This document shows, piece by piece, positions 18,233 through 26,265 of a DNA stretch of 64,000 bases. The translations under genes and the position numbers were made by a program. Below the pieces are notes generated by a model that saw only the letters and a list, made by a program, of their open reading frames with translations, did not search any database and was not told the origin of the DNA. Origin of the DNA: a virus. The stretch spans positions 7,104-71,103 of IMG/VR virus record IMGVR_UViG_3300025082_000006; one strand, written 5' to 3'. The first letter of the stretch is position 1, and each line of letters begins with the position of its first letter.

Positions 18233-18509
18233 CTACCAGTTCCCAGCTGCAATAAGTGGCCAGCCCTACCTGCGTCTCATAAATACACCATGTTTCTTCA
18301 CATGTTGTGTAGTAATAAGGATAATCAATTATCCATGTGCAACAACCATCCCAACATGTCCACACCTCTTCATAATAATATGGTGTATCATCATAAGTAC
18401 AAACTTCGACCACTTCGATATGAGGGCCAATTGCGACTGAGCCTGTTGGTGTATAAATTTCACATCCTATGCAAGCTAATGCAAATAAGGATATTAATAT
18501 TGTTTTCAT
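18216..18509 (-). CDS. Cys-rich lipoprotein (8-Cys domain)
   Basis: MKTILISLFALACIGC signal/lipobox; C..CC.W..C.E.WC..C.W..C pattern; AGGAGG SD. Confidence 0.78.
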   Translation of the reverse strand: MKTILISLFALACIGCEIYTPTGSVAIGPHIEVVEVCTYDDTPYYYEEVWTCWDGCCTWIIDYPYYYTTCEETWCIYETQVGLATYCSWELVDEYCY

Positions 18510-19468
18510 TTCTTTCCTCCTAATACTATTCTTTTAAAAGTGGTATATAAATCTAACCAACTTGTTTTTCCAATTCCATCTTCTAGCATCATACCATCTG
18601 TGGAAGTTTTGTCAAATGTTAATTCAGTATTCCTAATAGTATATTTGATTTTTTGTTTATTTTGTACAGAAATGCTGGGGCTGTATAATTGCATCAATTT
18701 ATAGTTCTCTTCGATCACTTCTTGACTCTCCACAATGTTTTGATATGCTTTCAACGTCGAGTTAGCATTCTCGCAGAACTCTTTAACCTCTTGAATCGTA
18801 TATGCTTTTTCTTCAGCAAGAAAGGGCAAGCGCTTGGCTAACGTTGGTAAGCCGACGCCTTTTACGCCATCGAGGTTATCGCTTTTGTCCCCCACTATTG
18901 CTCGCGCCAACGCAAAGTTGGTGGGGTGAATCCCAAATTTCTCTACAATCATATTCTTATTTAATATTTCATGTTGCGTGGGTCTGTATGCCAACGTCTC
19001 ATTGTCGAGGAGTTGGAAAAAATCTTTATCGCTAGAGACGATGACTTTCTGCCACCCCTTGAAGTCTGGCATTTGGGCGACGAAAGAGATGACGTCATCG
19101 GCTTCCACTTCGTCAAAGACTAGCTGGGTTACTGGAAAATTATTTAAATATTCCATCAGGCGCATTTGTTGCCAAATTTTATTTTGAAGCTCCTCTTGGG
19201 CGGTGAGAGTTCTAATGTCGCGGTTCAAGCGCAGAGGCTTGCGCCCCTCCTTGTAATTTTTGTTTACAAGCTTGCGCTTTCTGCTGCCGCCTTTGCCATC
19301 CCAACAGATTACAACCTTATCAGGTTTGACCTCTCGGCAAAGTTTTTGTAGAATTTTAAGAAAGCCCGCAGTCCCACCAATGGGATCTCCATTGGGGGAT
19401 AAAGACGGGTTGACGATGTACCCTCGCAAAAATTGGTTGAGGGCATCAATTATCATTACTCGTTTCAT
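18506..19468 (-). CDS. 5'-3' exonuclease / T4 RNase H-like flap endonuclease
   Basis: IIDALN, WDGKGGS, YKEGR, EADDVI, SSDKDF, GDKSDNLDGVKGVG (H3TH). Confidence 0.93.
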   Translation of the reverse strand: MKRVMIIDALNQFLRGYIVNPSLSPNGDPIGGTAGFLKILQKLCREVKPDKVVICWDGKGGSRKRKLVNKNYKEGRKPLRLNRDIRTLTAQEELQNKIWQQMRLMEYLNNFPVTQLVFDEVEADDVISFVAQMPDFKGWQKVIVSSDKDFFQLLDNETLAYRPTQHEILNKNMIVEKFGIHPTNFALARAIVGDKSDNLDGVKGVGLPTLAKRLPFLAEEKAYTIQEVKEFCENANSTLKAYQNIVESQEVIEENYKLMQLYSPSISVQNKQKIKYTIRNTELTFDKTSTDGMMLEDGIGKTSWLDLYTTFKRIVLGGKK

Positions 19469-19471
19469 GGT

Positions 19472-19567
19472 TTATTTCTTCTTTCGCGCCAAGCGTCGTT
19501 TCCTGCGTCGGGCTGACCCGAGTTTGCGTCGACGTCTAGACTTTGAATGTGGTGCTTTACGACTCAT
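19472..19567 (-). CDS. 31-aa Arg/Lys-rich peptide (not in ORF track)
   Basis: MSRKAPHSKSRRRRKLGSARRRKRRLARKKK; strong AAGGAGG SD directly after tRNA-Leu. Confidence 0.75.
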   Translation of the reverse strand: MSRKAPHSKSRRRRKLGSARRRKRRLARKKK

Positions 19568-19580
19568 TTAATTCCTCCTT

Positions 19581-19667
19581 TGGTGGCTGGAGCGGGGCTC
19601 GAACCCGCACACCCTTACAGATAACGGATTTTAAGTCCGTTGCGTCTACCAATTCCGCCACCCAGCC
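19581..19667 (-). tRNA. tRNA-Leu (anticodon UAA)
   Basis: GGCTGGG/TCCAGCC acceptor stem, ACGGA-CTTAAAA-TCCGT anticodon arm, long variable arm, GGTTCGAGCCC, encoded CCA. Confidence 0.95.
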
Positions 19668-20101
19668 ATTTTTTCCGATGTAATCGTAGAAAAAGCATCG
19701 GTCGTATTTATTACGTCAAAGAATCCTTTTCCGTACTCGGGGGCAACCGGTGGTTCTTCTGCGATCACGAGCGGAAGAAGATCTTCTTCCGGAAGAGGCT
19801 CTTCTTCCAGAATATTCTGGAAGAATTCTTCCAGAATATATTGTTTCTCAGCGTTGGTCTCCTCTAAGCTAACATCATCCATAAAAGATTCTTTCTTATA
19901 TAATGTGGGAGACGCGACAGAATGGATCTCAAGTTGTTTATATACATCTTCTGAACGGCTGGCGCGCGCAGCGGGTTCGGCTGTCCACCAAAAAAGCGAA
20001 CACAAAACAAGAGCCACGTGAAAGACTGCAGATGTTGTTAAAGATGCTAATAGATTAATGTTAAATAGGTGGTTATATTTTTTATAAGTTATAAGGTTCA
20101 T
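19646..20101 (-). CDS. Single-pass membrane protein with acidic tail and TonB/TolA-like SxxxH anchor
   Basis: TM segment LLASLTTSAVFHVALVLCSLFWW; stop codon lies inside tRNA-Leu. Confidence 0.6.
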   Translation of the reverse strand: MNLITYKKYNHLFNINLLASLTTSAVFHVALVLCSLFWWTAEPAARASRSEDVYKQLEIHSVASPTLYKKESFMDDVSLEETNAEKQYILEEFFQNILEEEPLPEEDLLPLVIAEEPPVAPEYGKGFFDVINTTDAFSTITSEKMAGWRNW

Positions 20102-20129
20102 CGTTTTTCCTAACGTTAGTTACAATATT

Positions 20130-20157
20130 ATTATAACATCTTATTATAAAAATGCAA
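20130..20157 (-). promoter_or_regulatory. Sigma70-type promoter
   Basis: TTGCAT-N16-TATAAT with an AT-rich upstream element. Confidence 0.5.
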
Positions 20158-20180
20158 GGAAAAAATATTTATTTTTATCT

Positions 20181-20792
20181 TTAAGGGGTGCGGCGTCCCT
20201 TGCGGCAGTCAAGCCATTTGCGGAAAGCTATTCGTCTCGGATCGGTGGCTGGTCGGGACTTCCAATCGGCGCCGAGCGGTGGCCGTGGGCCGCAATTGCC
20301 TGGTGTTCTGCCTATTGTTGTGGGGAGGCCCTCTGGATCATCAAATCGAAGATCTTCTGGGAATTCTTCCTCTTCACGCTCCGGCTCTTCTATTCTAAAA
20401 TAGCGGGTGACGTTGCGCCAGAGGCCACACTTTGCCATCCTTGTCCGGGAGCACTTGGTTCTGGAGTCTTGGCGATATAAACGAGAAATTTGTACGCCCT
20501 GCGGTAGTGTGCACCCGATTTTTCCCATCATCGCCTCGAAATTAGCGCTGCTCATCCGCTTAGTTTTTTCGGGTAGCTGGACCTTCCAGACCCATTCTAC
20601 AGATTGCTCCCTCCCAGGAACATTAATAAGGGAAGGCCATGCTTCATGAGTAAAACCTTTAACCTTCCAATGCTTGAGACCCCCCGAATCAAAATCGGGA
20701 AACCTATAACCAGCGCATCCCGTGGCTGCCTGTTCAAATAGTAATAGCTCTTCTTTAATGATCTGCTTAAGCTGGGATTTGGTAAGTTTCAT
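20181..20792 (-). CDS. Hypothetical protein with MKLTKSQLKQIIKEE leader (probable capsid-internal protein)
   Basis: Leader ending LLFE; GGAG SD; ACTATTTA at 20815-20822. Confidence 0.75.
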   Translation of the reverse strand: MKLTKSQLKQIIKEELLLFEQAATGCAGYRFPDFDSGGLKHWKVKGFTHEAWPSLINVPGREQSVEWVWKVQLPEKTKRMSSANFEAMMGKIGCTLPQGVQISRLYRQDSRTKCSRTRMAKCGLWRNVTRYFRIEEPEREEEEFPEDLRFDDPEGLPTTIGRTPGNCGPRPPLGADWKSRPATDPRRIAFRKWLDCRKGRRTP

Positions 20793-20814
20793 GAGTAATC
20801 TCCAATGACTATAT

Positions 20815-20822
20815 TAAATAGT
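20815..20822 (-). promoter_or_regulatory. Putative late promoter ACTATTTA
   Basis: Intergenic copy about 22 nt upstream of ATG 20792. Confidence 0.6.
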
Positions 20823-20835
20823 TTATAAGTTAAGA

Positions 20836-21936
20836 TTATTCCTCGTAGAAGTCTTCTGGGCTGCCTGTACGGTCATGAAATTTCATAATAATTTCTTCGT
20901 CCATGATTTCTAGAACTCTTTGTTTAAATTTAGGTTCTTCAAGTTTCGCTTTCCAGCCTGAGCTTTGAAATTTGTCGGACGTGCCATCGCCGTGATCAAG
21001 TGTAAACCATGCACCACTGTTAGATAAATGTTGCGAACTTTTGATCGCATCCAGCCAGCTTTCTTCATCTTGTACTCCTACTTCTTCTCCCCACAGGATC
21101 TTAAAGTTACATTGTCGACCTTGCGTACCGAAGCGGCTCTTCTCAAGCTTTACTTTGACTTCCGAACCAATCCTAAAGCCCTTGTCATCCGTGACAAAAG
21201 ATGCTTTGGCCTTTCTTCCTGTGAGCCAGATGCGCAGCGAGTACGCATAGATCATTGCTTTGCCGCCAGGAGTCATGTAAGGTGTTGTAAGTGCTTCCGA
21301 AGGAGAGCGTGTGATGTTTGTCTTAAGCTGGTTCAGCACTAGAAATGTTGATTGGCTGTTCGCGATTGGAACTGTCAGCTTTGACATTCCCTTGGCAAGA
21401 ATGCGTGCCTTGACTGCCATCGAAGAGAGAGGATTAAAGTCTCCCTCGATGTCTGAGACTGCTGGCGTCAGTGCCAGGGAGTCCCAGATGAAAAGCATTC
21501 GGTTCTCGTTTGAACCGAGTAGCTCTTCAATTGTCTCTAGCACAAACTCTACCGAAGTTGCCTGTACATAAAGAAGGTTGTCGACATTGCAGCCAGCCTT
21601 TTCTAAAAAGCCTGGATCGATTGCAGATTCTGAATCGAAATAAACAACATCTATCCCTTGCGCTTGCGCGTTTGCTGCCACCTGTGCGCCTAAAAATGAT
21701 TTGCCTGTAGACTCCAGGCCAGCGATCTCTGCAATTTTTCCTACTGGGATTCCTGCTAGTTGCCCTCGGCAGATGATTGAATCGAGCCAGCGTGATCCGG
21801 TTGGGATCCAATCTTTTACGATTGTTGGGCTGTCTTCATTTAAATTGTGTGCAACATTCATGCCAGCTTTTTTATTGATAAGCTGGCGCATGTCTGCTAT
21901 TGAAAGTTTTCCTGTTTTTGTTTTAGCTCTCGCCAT
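20836..21936 (-). CDS. recA: RecA / UvsX recombinase
   Basis: IPTGS, EIAGLESTGKS, DSE, WDSLA, LNQLK, TPGGKA, KLEKSR. Confidence 0.95.
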   Translation of the reverse strand: MARAKTKTGKLSIADMRQLINKKAGMNVAHNLNEDSPTIVKDWIPTGSRWLDSIICRGQLAGIPVGKIAEIAGLESTGKSFLGAQVAANAQAQGIDVVYFDSESAIDPGFLEKAGCNVDNLLYVQATSVEFVLETIEELLGSNENRMLFIWDSLALTPAVSDIEGDFNPLSSMAVKARILAKGMSKLTVPIANSQSTFLVLNQLKTNITRSPSEALTTPYMTPGGKAMIYAYSLRIWLTGRKAKASFVTDDKGFRIGSEVKVKLEKSRFGTQGRQCNFKILWGEEVGVQDEESWLDAIKSSQHLSNSGAWFTLDHGDGTSDKFQSSGWKAKLEEPKFKQRVLEIMDEEIIMKFHDRTGSPEDFYEE

Positions 21937-21961
21937 GTTTTCCCCTTAAAGGTGTTAGATT

Positions 21962-21992
21962 AAAAAAGAAGGGGGGCCCGAAGGCCCCCACA
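21962..21992 (-). terminator. Intrinsic terminator after the SSB gene
   Basis: GGGGGCC-TTCG-GGCCCCC hairpin followed by CTTCTTTTTT. Confidence 0.85.
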
Positions 21993-21995
21993 TTC

Positions 21996-22751
21996 TTAAC
22001 CAAGTAAATCCGCGAAGGCTTTGTCAACAGACGTGCCTTCTTTTTTATTTGCGTTATACTTGGTGGTCTCGCTAGAGTTTTCTTCGGGGTCTGAATCGCT
22101 CAAAAGAAATTCATCTAGCATGCCCTGAACTTCGACCGCAGTCTTTCGACTTGGGGCGAATAGCTCCTCAAAATCTGGAATGTTTTCCAGAAGTTCGTGG
22201 CACTTCTCAGGATCGTCGGGACAAAGCGGGGAACTTCGTCGTCGCGGGGTAAGCTGCGTGACTGGAAAGCTGGCACCGACCGGCTTGCCATACGCGACGG
22301 CCAAGTCGATTCCTTTTTCGGGATCGGTAATGTCTCCGTATTCCGGGTTCAGAACAAGGTTAAGAAGGGTTTCGTAAACTTGCTTTCCAAAGCCCCAAAC
22401 ACGGACACCTTGATCTTCTTCGCCGCGAACAAGCACCGGTGCGAAAAAACGCTGACGAGCAGACAACTTCTTAGCCATCCGTTTACTATCTTCTGTTCCT
22501 TCTTGCCAAAGCTGGCGGACGAAAGAGTCCAACGGACAATCTTCCCCAAAGTTTCTCTTCGGGCTAAGAAAGCCAGGATTGTCTCCAACGTTGTAGTGGA
22601 ACCAATAGTCCTTGAACGGATCTCCATCGGCTGTGGGAACAATGCGAATTACTGATTCGCCATCTGGCGGACGCCAAAAACGGTTATTCGCGCCCCCTTT
22701 AGTTTTGAGGGTGGTCATGCGCTCGCGCATTTTATCTAAATTGATTGACAT
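21996..22751 (-). CDS. Single-stranded DNA-binding protein (T4 gp32-like)
   Basis: FWRP..G...IRIVP, WFHY, CPL, VRVWGFGK, DITDP..G.D, acidic tail ending AFADLLG. Confidence 0.85.
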   Translation of the reverse strand: MSINLDKMRERMTTLKTKGGANNRFWRPPDGESVIRIVPTADGDPFKDYWFHYNVGDNPGFLSPKRNFGEDCPLDSFVRQLWQEGTEDSKRMAKKLSARQRFFAPVLVRGEEDQGVRVWGFGKQVYETLLNLVLNPEYGDITDPEKGIDLAVAYGKPVGASFPVTQLTPRRRSSPLCPDDPEKCHELLENIPDFEELFAPSRKTAVEVQGMLDEFLLSDSDPEENSSETTKYNANKKEGTSVDKAFADLLG

Positions 22752-22813
22752 ATTTCTTGTCTCCTTTTTTTGTTAAAGTCAGTACAATAACTCTCTTGTA
22801 CCGCTATTTTTAT

Positions 22814-22842
22814 ATAATACTATAAATTTAAATCTTTGTCAA
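22814..22842 (-). promoter_or_regulatory. Sigma70 promoter of the SSB gene
   Basis: TTGACA-N17-TATTAT. Confidence 0.7.
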
Positions 22843-23686
22843 GTCTAAATTTATTATTTTGAACTATTGTACTATTCAATAAACTAAATGCGTAAACATC
22901 ATCATAGTTTGTTGAAAAAACTCCGTAGCTCATCTTCATTTTATCATGTTGTTTCTGTTCTTTTAATTGCTCTCCGATCTTTTTCAGCAGTGTTCCATCG
23001 GTTTGAAGTATTTTTTCAGGCACCCCATAATAATATCTCTTTTCGCGCGGGATGTCAAGATCAAAAAACATTTTTTCTTCCCCAGTTTCGTAATTCAATA
23101 AACTAAAAGTTGACATTCGAGCTGTCTCTGCAAAGGGAGCGAACGTGGTGGCTTCTGCTTCCGAGTTGTTAAATACATTCATCATATGAATTGTGTATAC
23201 AATTAATTCATTTAATTTACTAAAGTGATCTCGGATGGGAACGTCCCCGACAATTTTAGTTACTTCTACATTATCTACTAAATATATTCTTTCAAACAAC
23301 GCGCATCGAGCGTATTCTTGAAGCACATGAAAAACAATGTTATCGTTGAGAGTTTTCAATTCTGGAAGTAACGCCCGATCCGGTCTAATATATAAAATGC
23401 TTATTTGACATTTATGTTGTATTTGCTCTAAAATTCTAAGGATGGCTGACGAAATAAAGCCGCAGCTTGTTACAAACAACACATCCCCTTTTACATTTTT
23501 AAAAAAGCTTTTTAGGTTGGGGCAGTTTTCTTCATACTTTTCAGGATGGTCATATTTTGGAAAATTGTAGCAGCGCGGTGCTTTCTTAAGTCCCGCTCTT
23601 ATTTTATATATTTTATATTGAGGATATACAGCAAATTGGTCTGCTATGTTACAGCCGGCTTTTCCTAACCCAATGATCGTTTGCAT
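22820..23686 (-). CDS. Divergent tubulin/FtsZ-like (PhuZ/TubZ-like) protein
   Basis: IIGLGKAGCNIAD T1 loop, ILYIRP, IYLVDN, N-x-x-I; GGGTG[ST]G signature absent. Confidence 0.65.
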   Translation of the reverse strand: MQTIIGLGKAGCNIADQFAVYPQYKIYKIRAGLKKAPRCYNFPKYDHPEKYEENCPNLKSFFKNVKGDVLFVTSCGFISSAILRILEQIQHKCQISILYIRPDRALLPELKTLNDNIVFHVLQEYARCALFERIYLVDNVEVTKIVGDVPIRDHFSKLNELIVYTIHMMNVFNNSEAEATTFAPFAETARMSTFSLLNYETGEEKMFFDLDIPREKRYYYGVPEKILQTDGTLLKKIGEQLKEQKQHDKMKMSYGVFSTNYDDVYAFSLLNSTIVQNNKFRLDKDLNL

Positions 23687-24870
23687 TATTTTACATTCAT
23701 CCTTTTCATTTCGCCAAAGTTTTTGCCACCAAAGACATTTACTTTAAAGTTGCCTAGCTCTGTAACAGCAAACTCTTCTTTCAGTTCGTGCACAATTGTT
23801 TCGTCTTCTTCTGTTAGGTCGATCACGAGAGAATCGTGCAAACAAAATGCAATTTGAGATTTCTTATCTTTAAGTAGTTCCCAAACTTTAATCATCTGCC
23901 GAAGGAAGAGGTCCGCCGCTGTTGACTGAATTATATAGTTCAAAGCGTGATGATCATCAGAATCAATTGTCCTGTTCCAAAGGGTTGTCACTTGGCTTCC
24001 ATTGTAGTACTTTTGTAACACAGAGTCTCGATCATATTCTTTGTTTAAGAGGCGGTCTTTTGACTCTGGGTTATATAGCCACGCAAATATTCTTTTCTTT
24101 GCTTCTTCTCTTGTGCCTTTTCCTTTGTATACGTGTTTTAAATTCCAGTCATGCAAGTCTTGTTGAGGTTGCTTTTTGCCCAAAAGTGCAAGCATTACAC
24201 GAAGTTCTGCGGCATTGTAATCTAACTCCAGAAACCACTTATTATTGGGCTTCAAGATAGTTCTATATTCTTTGTCCATCGTTAGGATTGGAAAATCTTT
24301 AGAAGTGAGTCTTCCCGTCTTTGTCCCTCGCATATCATATATAATGTAAGGGGCTATTTTATTTATTTTTTTAAGGAATCTCCGCACTTTAAATTCATGA
24401 CGCCGATTGTCCAATAAAGTTAAATCTATATTTAATTTTGTATTTTTTATCTCTGTTAAGGCTTTTGCAAGATTAACCATGAATTCATAATTTTGTGGTT
24501 TTTTAAAATTGGAAAAAATATGAGCGCAAATTTTCTCCCGAATATGCCCATACTTTAACAAAAAATGCGGGGGAACAAGGTCGAAGAAACAATGTTCGTT
24601 AAGATCTAGCTTTGCCTCGCTGACTGCCCGGTAAAAAGCTTCTAATTTGTTATTTACGCTTTCCCATTCTTCTCTTAAGTGGTTAGGGCAAGCTTCATTT
24701 AAGCTCTTTCCGCCACAATAGTATTTTGCATATTCAACATTCTTGTCTCTTAAGACTTCAGAGTAATCCCACGTTTTTGTGAGCGCGCTAGGGAGCTTAT
24801 CTTTATGAATTTTGCCTTTTGCAAAAATGGCAATACATTTCTTTTTATCGTCGAAAGTTTGAAAAAACAT
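23686..24870 (-). CDS. Minimal family A DNA polymerase (polymerase domain only)
   Basis: TKTGRL, motif A LDYNAAELR, DLH, motif B REEAKKRIFAWLY, NYIIQSTAAD, motif C LHDS. Confidence 0.85.
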   Translation of the reverse strand: MFFQTFDDKKKCIAIFAKGKIHKDKLPSALTKTWDYSEVLRDKNVEYAKYYCGGKSLNEACPNHLREEWESVNNKLEAFYRAVSEAKLDLNEHCFFDLVPPHFLLKYGHIREKICAHIFSNFKKPQNYEFMVNLAKALTEIKNTKLNIDLTLLDNRRHEFKVRRFLKKINKIAPYIIYDMRGTKTGRLTSKDFPILTMDKEYRTILKPNNKWFLELDYNAAELRVMLALLGKKQPQQDLHDWNLKHVYKGKGTREEAKKRIFAWLYNPESKDRLLNKEYDRDSVLQKYYNGSQVTTLWNRTIDSDDHHALNYIIQSTAADLFLRQMIKVWELLKDKKSQIAFCLHDSLVIDLTEEDETIVHELKEEFAVTELGNFKVNVFGGKNFGEMKRMNVK

Positions 24871-24874
24871 TAAA

Positions 24875-26224
24875 TTAATATTCAGTGCTAGTAGCTTTTG
24901 GTACGTCTTCCTTTTTCATTATATCAGAAGCTTCATAAGAATGCAAGCCTGAAGGAGTAGCACCTCCAAAATATTTTATCCTATAAGGGGCCTTCTTGTC
25001 AATAGGTATTTTTTTATATATGTTTGTGCGCATGGCTATTTTGCCTATATGGTTAGCTGCGGCTTCGATTCCATAAGCTCTATAAAAGTCTAATGTTCTT
25101 TTTATTGCTGATGTAAGTTGTCGTTTATTATATTTAATATTGCTCTCTGCTAACCTTAGTTTTAAATAAATTGGTAAAAAATATTCATCACTATATTGTT
25201 TTGTAAATTCTTCATCAAAGTTAAGAGAGATACCCTCTCTCATCCCTTCTTTTATTTTTGTATTGTACGAATTGCTTCCTACGTCATTCCAAACAGCTAC
25301 AGGGCAATTTTTTATTTCATAAATTGTTCCATAGGTTGCAGATGTTGGGTTTACTATTAAAGTTGCGTACATGTTCCAGAGGCGCGCCTTCATACTTTCA
25401 TAAGAAAAATATTCACTTTTATAAAAATAACTAGAAAAAATCTCATTGTTATCCAAGCTCGTGCCAAAACGTGCCATGTAATCCTTGATCGGTTGGGAAT
25501 CCATGTTTGCGGCCAATCTCCATGGAATATTTTTATCAACATAAAATCCATAAAAGGCTGCTGTTTTTAAATATCTATTAAAAGACGGCCTTGAAAGAAA
25601 CCGCGTATATTTAATGATGTCGTTATCGGGCGGCAAGTTTTCCAACTCAATGAAAAGGCCGCTGATGGCGTTTGTACAAAGCGGAGAAACAATAAAACCA
25701 GTTTTTGTAATGGGAAATTGATCTACCATTAAGTGAGCAAAATGTATGAACTCTGTTACAAAGTTATCAAAATTCTTAACTTTTTTATTAATTTTAGCGA
25801 CGTTTAAATATTTGTTTGAAAACACATTAAAGACATTATTTACAAAATGATCTTGATAGAGCTGATGAACGCTTTTAAGTCCTGATTTGGGAAGAAAAGA
25901 AGAAAATAAATCATTAAAGACTCTTTGGCGGGACATGAGTCCTTTGTCAATAAATGCTTTAAAATCATTAAAAGCTGCTGCTACAAAATCTAATACTAAA
26001 ATTAAACCGTCGCCAGGTAATTGGGTCATATTAACTTCTGAGGGGTAAATTGGGGTGCCATGCACATCAACTTTGCCATAAAAAGGCTTTTCATATATGA
26101 CGTCTAACGGGATTGGATCAAAAAGGCGTGAAAAAGATTTCTGTTTATATAATAATCTCTGCTCAAATAAAAACGGCTGCTTTAAAGAATTAATACCATA
26201 AGGTGGTGGATCAATATATCCCAT
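24875..26224 (-). CDS. Hypothetical protein at the end of the baseplate cluster
   Basis: 449-aa ORF; GAGG SD; TCTATTTA variant motif at 26246-26253. Confidence 0.7.
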   Translation of the reverse strand: MGYIDPPPYGINSLKQPFLFEQRLLYKQKSFSRLFDPIPLDVIYEKPFYGKVDVHGTPIYPSEVNMTQLPGDGLILVLDFVAAAFNDFKAFIDKGLMSRQRVFNDLFSSFLPKSGLKSVHQLYQDHFVNNVFNVFSNKYLNVAKINKKVKNFDNFVTEFIHFAHLMVDQFPITKTGFIVSPLCTNAISGLFIELENLPPDNDIIKYTRFLSRPSFNRYLKTAAFYGFYVDKNIPWRLAANMDSQPIKDYMARFGTSLDNNEIFSSYFYKSEYFSYESMKARLWNMYATLIVNPTSATYGTIYEIKNCPVAVWNDVGSNSYNTKIKEGMREGISLNFDEEFTKQYSDEYFLPIYLKLRLAESNIKYNKRQLTSAIKRTLDFYRAYGIEAAANHIGKIAMRTNIYKKIPIDKKAPYRIKYFGGATPSGLHSYEASDIMKKEDVPKATSTEY

Positions 26225-26265
26225 TAAAATTTCCTCTTCTTTAAATAAATAGATCTTTTATAAAT

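Noticed and set aside
19795-19845. Repeat ttcttccagaatat occurring twice
   Set aside because: A local duplication within coding sequence (ILEE twice); only two copies.
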